A DNA stretch of 64,000 nucleotides from Candidatus Atelocyanobacterium thalassae. GTDB lineage: Bacteria > Cyanobacteriota > Cyanobacteriia > Cyanobacteriales > Microcystaceae. Where the stretch lies: assembly GCA_051971635.1 (NCBI GenBank), contig JBFPLN010000005.1:64001-128000 (forward strand), in the 5' to 3' direction. Numbering within the stretch: the stretch's first letter is position 1; the number at the start of each line of letters is the position of its first letter. The notes below the pieces were generated by a model. That model did no database searches and had not been told where the DNA came from. It was given only the letters and a program-made list of their open reading frames with translations. Below are positions 21,265-33,227 of the stretch, in pieces. The position numbers and the translations under genes were made by a program.

Positions 21265-23466
21265 TTAGTTAATAATATCAATTACTTGAATAAGCCAACG
21301 ATTATTTTTACGAAGTAAAGTGTAACGCACTCTTAAAAGATCATCATAAGAATAGTCAATATTACCTTGATGGTGATATTGAGCAGTTTCTTTGATATCA
21401 GCCTCACCAGTAAATTGATCTGATTTATTCTGATTAGATATTAGAGAATTAACTTTAATTTTATGTTGATAAACCCAATAGCCTTGATTTTGTTTTAATT
21501 TTTGTGCATGATTACGCCATTTTGAAAGTAAAGGTTCAGCTAAAATTTCATTCAATGAATTAATATCATGATTTTTACCAAATGCTTTAGATTTGCTGAG
21601 CAACCATGTCTTTATTAATTGGTGAAAGCCCTCTGACGTTAATACACCTGTTCTGTTAACTATCTGTGTATTAGCTAGAGGGATATTAATCAATGGTTGA
21701 ATAATGGATACTTTGTATTGATTTCTTTCTAAAGCAAATAATGGAGAATTAAGCTGATATGCTAAAAGTAAGCATATGCCTGTCATACCTGCACTACCAA
21801 TAATGGTTAAAAAATTTCTTTTAGATTTTAAAATAAAATAGGAACTTTTAACATAATTGATTTTAAACAATATTGTTAAAAGCTGAGTAGGAGATAAGTA
21901 ACTTCTATTTAATTGACCTTTAATAGTTTTCCGAGTAAGACTTGTTATTAAATTTTTAACATTTGATATCGAAAAATTATCTTGTGTTTTATAGTTTTTT
22001 TTAGCTTCTAAGTATGGGGAAAAAGAAGATTTCTTTGTGGATAAAGAATTGGTAATTGAAACTGAACTAATAGGTTGGAACTTTTGTAAATTTTTTTTGT
22101 AGTTATAATATTGACGGCTATCTTTAAAAGAATCAATTATGAGAGGAGTTGAAAAATTTCTTTTTCGATTAGATTGTTTAGAATTATTTAGACAAAAATT
22201 GTCTAAATAATTTCGAACTTTTTTATTAGTAAAGTACTCTTGTAAAGAAATTGATGATTCCTTTAAATCTCTAAAATAATTATAAACTTCTGTCTTTAAC
22301 CATATTTCACTATAAAGACATAAACCAGGTAATAAATCAGGAGAACCTTGGGAATTTATTCTAATAAAGTTTAAGATTGTTTGGTTGTCTACCTTCTTTA
22401 ATAAGATTTTTTCAGCTAGTTGAGTTTGTCCTAACAATAAGGCAATAATAGTTTGTTCTGTAGAAACTTTTTGGTAAGATTCTAAACGTTCAAGTATTGT
22501 TTGAGCTTCTAAAATTAAGTAAGGTTCTTTCCTAAAAAATCCAAGGGCTATCAGAATATACACCTTGAGGTATGATGCTATAGGAGAAGAAGAATTTTTA
22601 TAAGTATCAACAAAAATTTGTTTTTGTTCATCAACAGTTAAATGAATCCTAATCTGTTGGAGAAAACTTAAAAAGTCATTAGCTTCAAGATCAGAATAAT
22701 TTTTTGTTTGCTCATTGATTTCATATCTATCTTTAAGCATAGCTTTTAATAAATTAATTCCCTTTTGTCTTAGAGTTTGAGAATGAATAGGGTAGGCTAA
22801 TAATTCTAAGATACGATAAGGTCGTAATTTATCAAGTTCAGAATAAATTTCTTCTTGTATAGATAAAAAAAGTTGATTTGTTTCTAAAAAAGTTAATCCT
22901 TTCAATCCAGCAGCAGCAGCTTTTTCATATGTCTTATCATGCCAAAGCTGTCGAGTAATTTCTAAATAAGCTAGAGAAATACTCAAAATTATATCCATTT
23001 GAAACTTCGTTAGATTTTTATCATTTATATGTTTATGATAAAAATTAAAGGAAGATTGTAGATAGTCTTCTCCATATTGTATGACTAATTCATATTCGCT
23101 TAATTCATAAAGTATTAAAAGAGCTCCAGAGAGATAGTCTTCATGAATTTCAATATTTGAGCTTTGATATATGAATTCTTGTTTTTGATCAGCTATCCCT
23201 GATTCTTTATTATTATGTATAGAGTCTTTGTTAGGACTAGAGAAAACCAGTTTTAAGAAGCTTGATTCATAGTCAGTTCTTGTAACTGGATTAGATAAAA
23301 CTTGAAAAGCTTCATTTAACAAGCTTATACGTTTTTGAATTACATCCTCACTGTATTGACGGTGAGGATGTTGTGTAATTTTATCTTGATAAGCTTGATG
23401 AAGTTGTTCATCTATTGTATTCGGAGAAACTCCCAATATTCTGTAATAGTCTAAAGGTATACGCAC
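21265..23466 (-). CDS. ftn2: Cell division protein ZipN/Ftn2 (ARC6 homologue)
   Basis: MRIPLDYYRILGV J-like domain, SPDLLPGLCLYSEIWL, TM, C-terminal IMS/DUF4101 domain; GTG start. Confidence 0.93.
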   Translation of the reverse strand: MRIPLDYYRILGVSPNTIDEQLHQAYQDKITQHPHRQYSEDVIQKRISLLNEAFQVLSNPVTRTDYESSFLKLVFSSPNKDSIHNNKESGIADQKQEFIYQSSNIEIHEDYLSGALLILYELSEYELVIQYGEDYLQSSFNFYHKHINDKNLTKFQMDIILSISLAYLEITRQLWHDKTYEKAAAAGLKGLTFLETNQLFLSIQEEIYSELDKLRPYRILELLAYPIHSQTLRQKGINLLKAMLKDRYEINEQTKNYSDLEANDFLSFLQQIRIHLTVDEQKQIFVDTYKNSSSPIASYLKVYILIALGFFRKEPYLILEAQTILERLESYQKVSTEQTIIALLLGQTQLAEKILLKKVDNQTILNFIRINSQGSPDLLPGLCLYSEIWLKTEVYNYFRDLKESSISLQEYFTNKKVRNYLDNFCLNNSKQSNRKRNFSTPLIIDSFKDSRQYYNYKKNLQKFQPISSVSITNSLSTKKSSFSPYLEAKKNYKTQDNFSISNVKNLITSLTRKTIKGQLNRSYLSPTQLLTILFKINYVKSSYFILKSKRNFLTIIGSAGMTGICLLLAYQLNSPLFALERNQYKVSIIQPLINIPLANTQIVNRTGVLTSEGFHQLIKTWLLSKSKAFGKNHDINSLNEILAEPLLSKWRNHAQKLKQNQGYWVYQHKIKVNSLISNQNKSDQFTGEADIKETAQYHHQGNIDYSYDDLLRVRYTLLRKNNRWLIQVIDIIN

Positions 23467-23821
23467 GTTTGATTTCCTCGAATCAAAGTAGTCGAAATTA
23501 ATACTTAATAGTTAAATATAAGTAATAAAATTCCTATTCAAAAATATCGTTTTTTTAGATTTGCTATAGTTAGTCAAGTATAATAAAAGTTTTAAAAAGT
23601 TTAACTCAAATTATAAACATAGTATAGGTTCCTTAAATATAGCAATTGTATTTACATAACATTAAAATATCTGTTTAGTTTAAACTATGACTAAATAGAA
23701 CTTATCTATTTTTCATCAATTAAGATAAATTATCTTAATATGACTATAACAATATTCCCAATTTTCGTTTTTTATAATTCGAGTCTTTCTTTGTCCTGTT
23801 ATTAAAATTATTTTAGTTATT

Positions 23822-24853
23822 ATGAGCTCTGAACGTATTCTACCTATATTTGATATGATGTCCATTCATTTAACTAAAGATGAAGGATTAATGCTCTATG
23901 AAGATATGATCTTAGGTCGTTTATTCGAAGATAAATGTGCTGAAATGTACTATAGGGGAAGAATGTTTGGATTCGTTCATCTTTATAATGGTCAAGAAGC
24001 TATTTCCACAGGTATTATAAAAGCTTTACGTCCCAGTGAAGATTATATTGCCAGTACCTATCGAGATCACGTACATGCTTTAAGTTCTGGAATTCCTCCT
24101 CGTGAAATAATGGCAGAATTATTTGGTAAAGAAACAGGTTGTAGTAAAGGTAGGGGAGGTTCAATGCATCTGTTCTCAAAAAAACATAATTTCTTAGGAG
24201 GATATGCTTTTGTTGCAGAGGGAATTCCTGTCGCTACAGGAGCTGCATTTCAAAGCAAATATCGTCGTCAGATTATAAATGATAATAACTCTGATCAAGT
24301 AACAGCTTGTTTCTTTGGAGATGGCGCAAGCAATAACGGTCAATTTTTTGAATGCTTGAATATGGCTGCACTTTGGAAGTTACCAATTATTTATGTAGTA
24401 GAAAATAATAAATGGGCAATTGGGATGTCTCATGATCGAGCTACTTCACAACCAGAAATCTATAAGAAAGCGGACGTTTTTAATCTAGTAGGGGTAGAAG
24501 TAGATGGAATGGACGTTTTAGCAGTAAGAGAAGTAGCCAAAGAAGCTATTGCCCGTGCCCGTGCAGGAGAGGGACCTACATTGATTGAAGCTTTGACTTA
24601 CCGTTTTCGCGGACATTCTTTGGCTGATCCAGATGAGTTAAGAAAATTAGACGAGAAAAAGTTTTGGGAACAGAAAGATCCTATTCAAAAACTCAGTAAT
24701 TATCTGATTAATCAGAATATAGCTAACCAAAGTGAACTAGATAATATTCAAAAAAAAGTTAAAGAGGTTATTGATGACGCAGTAGAGTTTGCTGAGAAAA
24801 GCCCTGAGCCGAATGCCAGTGAACTTCATCGTTATGTTTTTGCTCAAGATTAA
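23822..24853 (+). CDS. pdhA: Pyruvate dehydrogenase E1 alpha
   Basis: [40 protein letters not shown]. Confidence 0.98.
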   Translation: MSSERILPIFDMMSIHLTKDEGLMLYEDMILGRLFEDKCAEMYYRGRMFGFVHLYNGQEAISTGIIKALRPSEDYIASTYRDHVHALSSGIPPREIMAELFGKETGCSKGRGGSMHLFSKKHNFLGGYAFVAEGIPVATGAAFQSKYRRQIINDNNSDQVTACFFGDGASNNGQFFECLNMAALWKLPIIYVVENNKWAIGMSHDRATSQPEIYKKADVFNLVGVEVDGMDVLAVREVAKEAIARARAGEGPTLIEALTYRFRGHSLADPDELRKLDEKKFWEQKDPIQKLSNYLINQNIANQSELDNIQKKVKEVIDDAVEFAEKSPEPNASELHRYVFAQD

Positions 24854-25329
24854 AATTTATTTATTAAAAATTTTTCCAGTATTGAAATATCATAGAAAAT
24901 TTAATACAGAAATAATTCTTGAATATTAGGTTAAATATTTATTATTGGCTTAGCAGTTAAGTATTTAGAACTAACTAACAGTAGTAAGTCTTGATTTAAT
25001 AACTTTATTTTTATGTATGTTTACTAGAATACGCAGCCTTAATGCAAAAATTTACAAAATTGGCTTATTAAAATATTAAATATATTTGAAAAAATAATTA
25101 AATTAAGACTCTAATATCTAGAAATAATACTAAATAATTAGTATTATTTTATTTACTCTTCTCTGCGAGAGAAAATAATTCTATATTCATTCAGTTGTAC
25201 ATCGCAGAATAATTTTTAGTGTTTCTTTTGATTTTTATTTAATCATTGAAAATAGATAAAGAAACTCTTTAAACTATGATGAGGTTTGTCAATATTAAAA
25301 ATTACAAGTTGAAACTTATATTTAACAAA

Positions 25330-25869
25330 ATGTTTACTTCTATAGATTTTTCGAATTATATTCAATGGTCTGCAGCAATTACCATTACTCTATTCTTATT
25401 TGTAATCTTATCCTTCATATTAAGTTGGAAAAATCGCTTTCGGTTAGTTGGTATTCTAGGGTTTATGATAGTTGTGACTGTAGGTCTCTTTGGGTTGGGG
25501 ATAGGCTTGTTAAGTTATAACAAGAGCGAAGTACCAGTATCATTCTCTCGTGTGTATGATAATGCTGGTGACCAAATAGTAATATCTGTTAAGCCTTCTA
25601 TTACCGAAAAAGAATTATTAGAAGTGTTAAAACAAGCATCCCAAAATTATTTTGTTTATGGTAGATCTACAGGAAAAGATAATAAATTAACTATAAGAGC
25701 ACGAGTTCTCTTACACATAAATGAGAAAGAAGATCTTCCTTTGTATCTTGGAAAAGTTGAACAAGTTCTAAATTTCCAAGACTATAATGATTCAAAAATA
25801 AACATTCAAATATATAAAGATGAACTAGAAGCTTTGCTTCAATATCAAAAAGATATAGACATATCGTAA
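25330..25869 (+). CDS. ycf51: Ycf51/DUF2518 family protein
   Basis: WKNRFRLVGILGF, VYDNAGDQIVI, LTIRAR, PLYLG; ATG at 25330 preferred over 25276. Confidence 0.82.
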   Translation: MFTSIDFSNYIQWSAAITITLFLFVILSFILSWKNRFRLVGILGFMIVVTVGLFGLGIGLLSYNKSEVPVSFSRVYDNAGDQIVISVKPSITEKELLEVLKQASQNYFVYGRSTGKDNKLTIRARVLLHINEKEDLPLYLGKVEQVLNFQDYNDSKINIQIYKDELEALLQYQKDIDIS

Positions 25870-26016
25870 GACATATTAAAAAAGAGACTAAAGATATTAT
25901 TTACATAGTTATATTTTGTTTAGAACTATTTACCAGTTATAAATATTATTATTTTTTATGAAAATATATTTTCTGATTGTCAACCTGACGATTATTGTTC
26001 AACAATCAAGTGTTTT

Positions 26017-26643
26017 ATGAAAAAAGAGTTACTGTGGAATCATCCGATTACAAATAAAAGTTTCGCAATCATTGATCAAGAAATAGATCAACATAATCTT
26101 CACCCATTAGAATATAAAATCATTCGTCGTGTTATTCACTCTACAGCTGACTTTGATGTTGTCAATTCGTTAGTTTTTAGTTCAAATGCAATTAGAAATG
26201 GTGTTAATGCAATCAAAAAACAGACTACCATAGTGACAGACGTCACTATGGTAAGACAAGGAATTCTGGGTTTAGTAAATAAAACTTTTAAAAATGTAGT
26301 TATTGCTTCAGTTAATCAAGCATCAAATCCTAATCCTGGTAAAACTCTTACAGAAACAGGGTTATTGAAATGCTGTAGTAAATATCCTACAGGAATTTAT
26401 GTGATAGGCAATGCTCCAACTGCGTTACTCACTTTATGTCAGCAAATTATTTTAAATAAAATACAACCCAGTTTAATTATTGGTACACCAGTAGGTTTTG
26501 TCTCTGTTTTAGAAGCTAAGCAAGCTTTGAAAAGAGTAAATGTTCCCAAAATTTTTATAGAGGGACGTAAAGGTGGCTCTCCTATGGCAGCCTCTATACT
26601 TAATGCTTTAATTGTTTTGGCTTACGAAAACGAAACAATATAA
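26017..26643 (+). CDS. cobH: Precorrin-8X methylmutase
   Basis: SFAIID, RRVIHSTADFD, IGNAPTAL, GTPVGFV, GRKGGS. Confidence 0.93.
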   Translation: MKKELLWNHPITNKSFAIIDQEIDQHNLHPLEYKIIRRVIHSTADFDVVNSLVFSSNAIRNGVNAIKKQTTIVTDVTMVRQGILGLVNKTFKNVVIASVNQASNPNPGKTLTETGLLKCCSKYPTGIYVIGNAPTALLTLCQQIILNKIQPSLIIGTPVGFVSVLEAKQALKRVNVPKIFIEGRKGGSPMAASILNALIVLAYENETI

Positions 26644-26682
26644 TTTGTAGTTATACCTTGTAAATATTACAACATAATAATA

Positions 26683-27930
26683 ATGATTAGGGTCGTAGGA
26701 ATTGGATTAACTGGAAAGGATAGCTTAACTGAAGAAGTTAAAAGCATTGTAAAAAATACTTCCATATTAACGGGCAGTCAGCGACATCTTAAATATTTTA
26801 CTGAATACACTGGGACTACAATCACTTTAGGCAATTTTATTAAAGATATAAAAAATTTAAAAAAACTCAGTAAAAATAATAAGTCTATTGTTGTTTTAGT
26901 TAGTGGAGATCCTCTGTTTTTCGGCTTGGGACGTTTATTGCTGCAAGAGATTGACCAAAAAGATTTGGAATTTTATCCAAATCTGACATCAGTTCAGCTG
27001 GCATTTAGCTATATAAAAGTTCCTTGGCATGATGCCCAATTAATTAGTATTCATGGTCGTAATCTAGATGAATTAGTACTTAGCTTTAAAAAAGGGAAGC
27101 AAAAAATTGCTATTCTTACTGATAATCATAATAGCCCACAGGTAATTGCTAATATTTATCTAAACTTAAATATTCTCAAGAGCTATGATATTTGGGTCTG
27201 TGAGAACCTAGGTAGGATTGATCAAAAAATTAATTGTTATTCACCTCAAAAATTAGCCGATCTCAAACAGTATGAATTTTCATCTTTAAATGTTGTCATC
27301 TTTCTAGAAAATAACAACATTGTTTTAGACACGCAAGAATACAGAGAATTACCTATTTTAGGTATTCAAGATAAATATTTCTTAACATTCAAAGATCGTC
27401 CAGGACTTATGACAAAACGGGAAGTCCGAATAGCTATACTAGGAGAATTAAATTTACAACCAAAACAACTTGTTTGGGATATAGGTGCAGGAACAGGTTC
27501 AGTTTCTATAGAAATTTCTCGTTTATCAGATACATCAAAAGTTTATGCAATTGAAAAAACTGCAGTAGGTATTAACACGATTACTAAAAATTGCGAAAGA
27601 TTTCAAGTTCATAATGTAGTTCCTCTCGCGTTAACAAATCTCCATGAATTATACGAGCTTCCAAATCCTGATAGGGTTTTTATAGGGGGAAGTGGAGGAA
27701 AACTAATTGAAATTTTAGAAATCTGTCAACAAAAACTAAAAAAAGACGGTATTATAGTTATTTCCTTGGCAACCATAGAAAATTTAGGAATAAGTATAAA
27801 TTGGTTTAAGATGAATTCTTGGAGTTACCATCTTCTGAGTATTCAGTTATCTAAATCTTTAGCTATTGCTAACTTAACTCGTCTATATCCTACAAATCCA
27901 GTTTTTTTATTAAGAGCTAACCGTAAATAG
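26683..27930 (+). CDS. cbiET: Bifunctional precorrin-6Y methyltransferase/decarboxylase CbiE-CbiT
   Basis: SGDPLFFGLG, SIHGR, MTKREVR, WDIGAGTGSV, PDRVFIGGSGG. Confidence 0.93.
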   Translation: MIRVVGIGLTGKDSLTEEVKSIVKNTSILTGSQRHLKYFTEYTGTTITLGNFIKDIKNLKKLSKNNKSIVVLVSGDPLFFGLGRLLLQEIDQKDLEFYPNLTSVQLAFSYIKVPWHDAQLISIHGRNLDELVLSFKKGKQKIAILTDNHNSPQVIANIYLNLNILKSYDIWVCENLGRIDQKINCYSPQKLADLKQYEFSSLNVVIFLENNNIVLDTQEYRELPILGIQDKYFLTFKDRPGLMTKREVRIAILGELNLQPKQLVWDIGAGTGSVSIEISRLSDTSKVYAIEKTAVGINTITKNCERFQVHNVVPLALTNLHELYELPNPDRVFIGGSGGKLIEILEICQQKLKKDGIIVISLATIENLGISINWFKMNSWSYHLLSIQLSKSLAIANLTRLYPTNPVFLLRANRK

Positions 27931-28167
27931 AAATAATCACTAAAAAAATTTCCTGATGTTACTTTCAAGTTTTCTAAAAAAAATATTCTTCTAGATAATA
28001 GTACTATTTACTACAACAAGAAGTTAATTAATAATATATTAGAGCAGTATTATATTTTCTAAACTTTTATCGTTAAGTTAAACTATATTAGTAAGCAACA
28101 AAATATTGCTATTGGTTCACATTTAATGTAGTGTCGATAGTTGTTCATGTTATTAATTAAAATCTAT

Positions 28168-28713
28168 ATGAAACAAAATGGTGTAACTGTTTGGTTAACA
28201 GGATTAAGCGGAGCCGGGAAATCTACTATTTCTGATGCTTTAGAGAAAAAATTAAGAGATTTTGGCTATTCATTAGAAATATTAGACGGTGATATAGTCA
28301 GAACTAATTTAACGAAAGGATTAGGATTCTCTAAAGAAGATCGAGACACTAATGTTCGTCGTATTGGTTTTGTTTGTCAATTATTGACGCGCCATGATGT
28401 AATAGTTTTAGTTGCTGCTATTTCGCCGTATAGAAATATTCGTAATGAAGTTAGGGAGAAAATTGGAAATTTTGTTGAAGTTTTTATTAATGCACCATTA
28501 ATAACATGTGAAACTAGGGATGTAAAAGGTTTATACAAAAAAGCTAGAGCCGGTGAAATTAAATCATTTACCGGAATTGATGATCCTTATGAAGCCCCTT
28601 TAAGCCCTGAAGTTGAATGCCGTACAGACATCGAAACTCTTGAAGAAAGTGTTAATAAAATTTTGAGAAAACTTGAAAAAATGAACTATATCAAAATACC
28701 TGATACGAAATAA
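28168..28713 (+). CDS. cysC: Adenylyl-sulfate kinase
   Basis: WLTGLSGAGKST, LDGDIVR, FTGIDDPYEAP; ATG at 28168. Confidence 0.97.
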   Translation: MKQNGVTVWLTGLSGAGKSTISDALEKKLRDFGYSLEILDGDIVRTNLTKGLGFSKEDRDTNVRRIGFVCQLLTRHDVIVLVAAISPYRNIRNEVREKIGNFVEVFINAPLITCETRDVKGLYKKARAGEIKSFTGIDDPYEAPLSPEVECRTDIETLEESVNKILRKLEKMNYIKIPDTK

Positions 28714-28993
28714 AATTATATCCAGATATGATGTCATCTAACAGGATATAAGAAATTTTCAGTTATTAAATTTAACTACATATATTTTTATAATTACTTG
28801 TTAATCATTGTTTTCATACTTTATCTTGTATGTGTAAGAATAGATAAAATCACATTCGAGAAATATTAATTTATAGAGTTTACACAATGATTAAATTTTT
28901 TCTACAAATCCTACCAATTAATATAGTCAATTTCACATTAGCTTTTTGATAAAGATTATAATTGTCAATTATAAAATGTCAGGAGAATTAAGA

Positions 28994-29662
28994 ATGAAAT
29001 GGTTTCGTAAAGTTAGTCGTAATATAAAAAGAAGATTAGACAGATGGACAAATAAATTAAATACTCCTGAAAAAATTTTAGAAATAGCGATTATGCAAAT
29101 CGAGAATGAATTAATTAATATGAGAGGAGCACTAGCAGAAGCAGTTGCCAGTCATAAATTTTCAGAACGTCAACTATCACACTATGAAATCTTATCTGAT
29201 AGATTATATCAAAAAGCTGAATTAGCTATATCTCAAAATAATGATTCTTTAGCAAAAAAATCATTGATGGATCGTCAGTCTTATCAAAAACAAAGTTATA
29301 GTATTAAAACTGAATTAGAAAGTCAGAAGGTAATGATTCAGGAATTAAAAGAAAAGTTAAGGTTATTAGAGAATAAGGCGCAAGAAGTAAGAACAAAGAA
29401 AAATATTTATCTCGCACGTTTACGCTCAGCAACTGCAACAAAAAATTTTAATAATATATTGAACGATTTTGAAGAAAATAGCTCAAATAATTTATTTGAA
29501 ATACTTGATAATAATATTATGGAATTAGAAGCAGAGTCAACAATGATAAATATGGGAAAAGAACCTGATATTTTAGAAAGACAGTTTATCAAACTCAAAA
29601 AGAATGAAAGTGTTCAAGGAAAATTATCTGAACTTCAATCGGGCACAGAGAAATTAGATTAG
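28994..29662 (+). CDS. pspA: PspA/IM30 family protein (divergent PspA paralogue)
   Basis: PEKILEIAI..Q and long coiled coils; AGGAG at 28981 before ATG 28994; lacks a Vipp1-type C-terminal extension. Confidence 0.8.
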   Translation: MKWFRKVSRNIKRRLDRWTNKLNTPEKILEIAIMQIENELINMRGALAEAVASHKFSERQLSHYEILSDRLYQKAELAISQNNDSLAKKSLMDRQSYQKQSYSIKTELESQKVMIQELKEKLRLLENKAQEVRTKKNIYLARLRSATATKNFNNILNDFEENSSNNLFEILDNNIMELEAESTMINMGKEPDILERQFIKLKKNESVQGKLSELQSGTEKLD

Positions 29663-29979
29663 TCTGAATTCATGTGTACTTTACTCTACAAGTTTGATAA
29701 AAGATACAAGCCTCACTCAATCTTTAATATGAGTTGATTTCAATTTTAGGAAATGAAAATATTACTGTTCAGCTGTTTCAATAAATTATTATTCTTGACA
29801 ATATTTTCTACTTTAAAAACTTTTTTGTGATGATCAATTATTTTTAATATCATAAAATAATCATATGATAATTGCTTAGAGATAGAGTAATTAAAATTAT
29901 TTAACTAAATTATTTTTTATAGTATTCTAGTGGTAAGATGTATGCTAGATATATACTCTTAGTCAAGAAGTTCAGTCTT

Positions 29980-30687
29980 GTGTTATCTACTATAGTTACT
30001 GATTTTCGTATAATTTTTGATCGAGATCCTGCAGCTCGTAATTGGCTAGAAGTTCTTTTCTGCTATCCTGGATTACAAGCTATTATTTCATATCGTTTCG
30101 CCCACTGGTTAAATGAGTTAAATATCTTATTTTTACCAAGACTGATTTCCCATTTTGCACGCTTTTTTACTGGAATTGAAATTCATCCAGCAGCCCAAAT
30201 TGGTATTGGAGTATTTATTGATCATGGTATGGGTGTAGTTATTGGAGAGACTGCAAAAATAGGAGACTATAGTTTAATTTATCAAGGTGTTACTTTAGGT
30301 GGAACAGGCAAAGGGAGTGGAAAAAGACATCCAACTATTGGTAAAAATGTAGTTATAGGGGCAGGGGCAAAAGTTCTTGGAAATTTAAATATAGGAAATA
30401 ATGTTCGAATAGGAGCTGGTTCTGTTTTACTTCGTGATGTACCTTCAGACTGTACTGTTGTTGGCATTCCAGGAAAAATAGTTTATCAATCAGGAGTACG
30501 GGTTAATCCTCTCGAGCATGGTAATTTACCTGACTCAGAGGCAAAAGTTATCAGACTACTGTTAGACAGAATCGATTTATTAGAAAAAAAGTTTCAAGCA
30601 TTAAAGAGTGAAAAGCTAGAAGAATGGGAGTTTATTAATGAATCTAAGGAAATATTGCATTTAAAATCAACTTATCATAACAAATAA
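29980..30687 (+). CDS. cysE: Serine O-acetyltransferase
   Basis: [41 protein letters not shown] at 29980 likely. Confidence 0.97.
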   Translation: MLSTIVTDFRIIFDRDPAARNWLEVLFCYPGLQAIISYRFAHWLNELNILFLPRLISHFARFFTGIEIHPAAQIGIGVFIDHGMGVVIGETAKIGDYSLIYQGVTLGGTGKGSGKRHPTIGKNVVIGAGAKVLGNLNIGNNVRIGAGSVLLRDVPSDCTVVGIPGKIVYQSGVRVNPLEHGNLPDSEAKVIRLLLDRIDLLEKKFQALKSEKLEEWEFINESKEILHLKSTYHNK

Positions 30688-30755
30688 ATTTTTAGTACTA
30701 AAGGATAGATTTATAATGATTTTTTACAATTTCCCCCTTCCTCTAATGCTATGAG

Positions 30756-31343
30756 TCAAAGGATAGAGATGCGTCTTAGAGGAGAAAAACGAAAGATGGC
30801 ACGTCCAATAATATTCCTTTCTGACAAGAAGCCCCAAACGTGAGAATCATTACTGTTATTGCGATTATCTCCCATAACAAAAAGATATCCCTTGGGCACT
30901 GTCACTGGTTGTAAATCATAATATGGTTTTTGTAAAATATAATTTTCTTCCAACAAAATCTTATTAATATAAACTTTTCCACTTTTAACTGCTACAGTTT
31001 CTCCGCCTACAGCAATTACTCTCTTAATAAAGGCCTGATTATTCTTATATCCTTGCAATTTTAGTTGTATTGGAGGCTTAAAAACTACTATATCTTTTGC
31101 TTTGAGATCATAAAAATAACGAGAAACTTTTTCAACAATTAATCTATCACCTATCTCCAAAGTAGGATACATAGATTCAGAGGGAATATAGCGGGGTTCA
31201 GCAATAAATGTACGAACAGCAAAGGCTAAAGCGATAGCAATTACTAAAATCTGCATATTTTCCCAGATCATTACTAATAAACTTTTATATGAATTAGATG
31301 TATCGAGAGAACTATGCTTGTTAGAATTCCAAAACATACACAA
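30756..31343 (-). CDS. lepB: Signal peptidase I
   Basis: IPSESMYPTL, FIKRVI, GDNRNNSNDSH. Confidence 0.97.
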   Translation of the reverse strand: MCMFWNSNKHSSLDTSNSYKSLLVMIWENMQILVIAIALAFAVRTFIAEPRYIPSESMYPTLEIGDRLIVEKVSRYFYDLKAKDIVVFKPPIQLKLQGYKNNQAFIKRVIAVGGETVAVKSGKVYINKILLEENYILQKPYYDLQPVTVPKGYLFVMGDNRNNSNDSHVWGFLSERNIIGRAIFRFSPLRRISIL

Positions 31344-31544
31344 TTTTTTCTTTAGTTTACAAACTATTATATAGTACTAATTATTTAAACTATTAATGTT
31401 AAAAAGCTTAAGATATGTGACTTTTGACTTACACATTGTAGTATAAAATATACTTTTAATATTCATACTATCTTAAAGACATACTTAAAACTGTTTATTC
31501 TGTTAGACAAGGATGGCATTAGTTACTAATGAATATTAGAGTAT

Positions 31545-33194
31545 TTATATCCTATTGGTAATAAGAATTTTTTTTAATAATGGTGTAATTGCTATACAGT
31601 TTAATAAAATTGTTAACCAATCACCCATTCTTACATATAAGGTTAATGTATTTCTTGCGTAAATTACTCCTTTATGTGTCTCATACGTATTCATTTTGGA
31701 TATCCAAGAGCTATCTCCATTGGGGTTGATAATAGCAGAATACCCTGTATTAGTTGCCTTGGCCATCCATCTATCAGTTTCAATTGCACGAATTACATCT
31801 TGAGAATGATGTTGAGCAGGCATAATTTGAGTAAAATGAGCATTGTTAGAAGCTGTAATTATATATTCTCCTCCTAGGCTTGTTTGATATCGAAAATGTT
31901 CGCTAAATGCAGATTCATAACAAATGCCTATAATAGCTTGACCCACAGGAGTATCAAAAATCTGTTGACTTTTTCCCTTGATTAAGTGATTTTCTAACGG
32001 AGATAGACTGTGAACGAGTTTTCCGAAAATATTTTCTAGAGGAATATATTCTCCCAAAGGAACTAATTTAACCTTATCAAACCTACTTAAAATTTTTCCA
32101 TTTTCTATGACTGTGAAAAGACTATTAGTATAACCAGTTTTTTTGCTACCTAATGCACCTAAAATAACAGGAACTTTATGCTCTATAATTTGTTGTAAAA
32201 AACTATTCTTGAGAACATATTGTATGTTAAAAGGTAAAGCAACTTCTGGAGTTATTATTAAATCAACTTCCTGGTTTGCTAGAATTTCATAGCCATTACT
32301 ATAGTTCTTAAGAGATCTAATTTTCCCCTCAGGATTTAGTTTAATAGTATTAGGAATGTTTCCTTGTATTATTCCAATTTTAATTTTTTTGTTATTAAAA
32401 TCTAAAACTCTATGGTTGTATAAAAACAAACCATATAAATGTGAAGAAAATATAGTAATTATACTTAGAGAGAATAGTAATAAGAATTGCTTTTTATTTT
32501 TATTTATTATTAATACTGATTCTGATATTAACCCATTAATTGCAACAATTAATGCTGTTACTGTTGAATGACCTGAAAGTTTCGTTAGTTGCAAAATAGC
32601 TAAGTTATTTGGACTTTGCGTATAGGATAAAGAAGTCCACCATAAAGGACTTTGATTCCAGATCATCTCTAAAATACACCAAATTGCAATTCCGAAAATA
32701 ATTCTTTTAAAAGATTGAATCAACGAAGAAGTAAAAAATGTAGTTTTTTGAAGAGATATTTTCCTTATGTTTTTGCTATTAGTTTCTTTTATGTAACTAT
32801 CAGTATGCCAATACATAAGAACTGACCAAATGACTACTAATATAATTCCCCAACATGTTACTGACAGCCAACATAAGGTTGCAATTACAAGACTTGATAC
32901 CCAAGAAATCCCCATCCATGTCATAGGATGTAAACTTGTTATCCAAAATAAGCTAAAACCATGATAAGAAAAGCCCCAAACTATTGCTGTTAAAATTTTT
33001 TCATCAATTTTTTTTTTTGACCTTAATTTACTTTTCTCATTTTTTCTACTCCTATAGTTTATATATTTATTTTTTTCATACACTATAGATATCCATAGTG
33101 GGACTAATGCTATCCATGCAAAATAAAACTTAGAGAATGGGGCAGTAGCTAATCCCATTAACAAGCCGCTAAAACCTACCAATAAAACTCTCAT
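31545..33194 (-). CDS. lnt: Apolipoprotein N-acyltransferase
   Basis: IIQGNI, TPE, KLVPLGEYIP, ICYESAF. Confidence 0.95.
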   Translation of the reverse strand: MRVLLVGFSGLLMGLATAPFSKFYFAWIALVPLWISIVYEKNKYINYRSRKNEKSKLRSKKKIDEKILTAIVWGFSYHGFSLFWITSLHPMTWMGISWVSSLVIATLCWLSVTCWGIILVVIWSVLMYWHTDSYIKETNSKNIRKISLQKTTFFTSSLIQSFKRIIFGIAIWCILEMIWNQSPLWWTSLSYTQSPNNLAILQLTKLSGHSTVTALIVAINGLISESVLIINKNKKQFLLLFSLSIITIFSSHLYGLFLYNHRVLDFNNKKIKIGIIQGNIPNTIKLNPEGKIRSLKNYSNGYEILANQEVDLIITPEVALPFNIQYVLKNSFLQQIIEHKVPVILGALGSKKTGYTNSLFTVIENGKILSRFDKVKLVPLGEYIPLENIFGKLVHSLSPLENHLIKGKSQQIFDTPVGQAIIGICYESAFSEHFRYQTSLGGEYIITASNNAHFTQIMPAQHHSQDVIRAIETDRWMAKATNTGYSAIINPNGDSSWISKMNTYETHKGVIYARNTLTLYVRMGDWLTILLNCIAITPLLKKILITNRI

Positions 33195-33227
33195 ATTAAC
33201 ATTTCAATTTTTTATGCTGAGATATAT

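Noticed and set aside
24854..25329. Spacer between pdhA and ycf51 as a gene remnant
   Set aside because: Translations tried gave no recognisable motif
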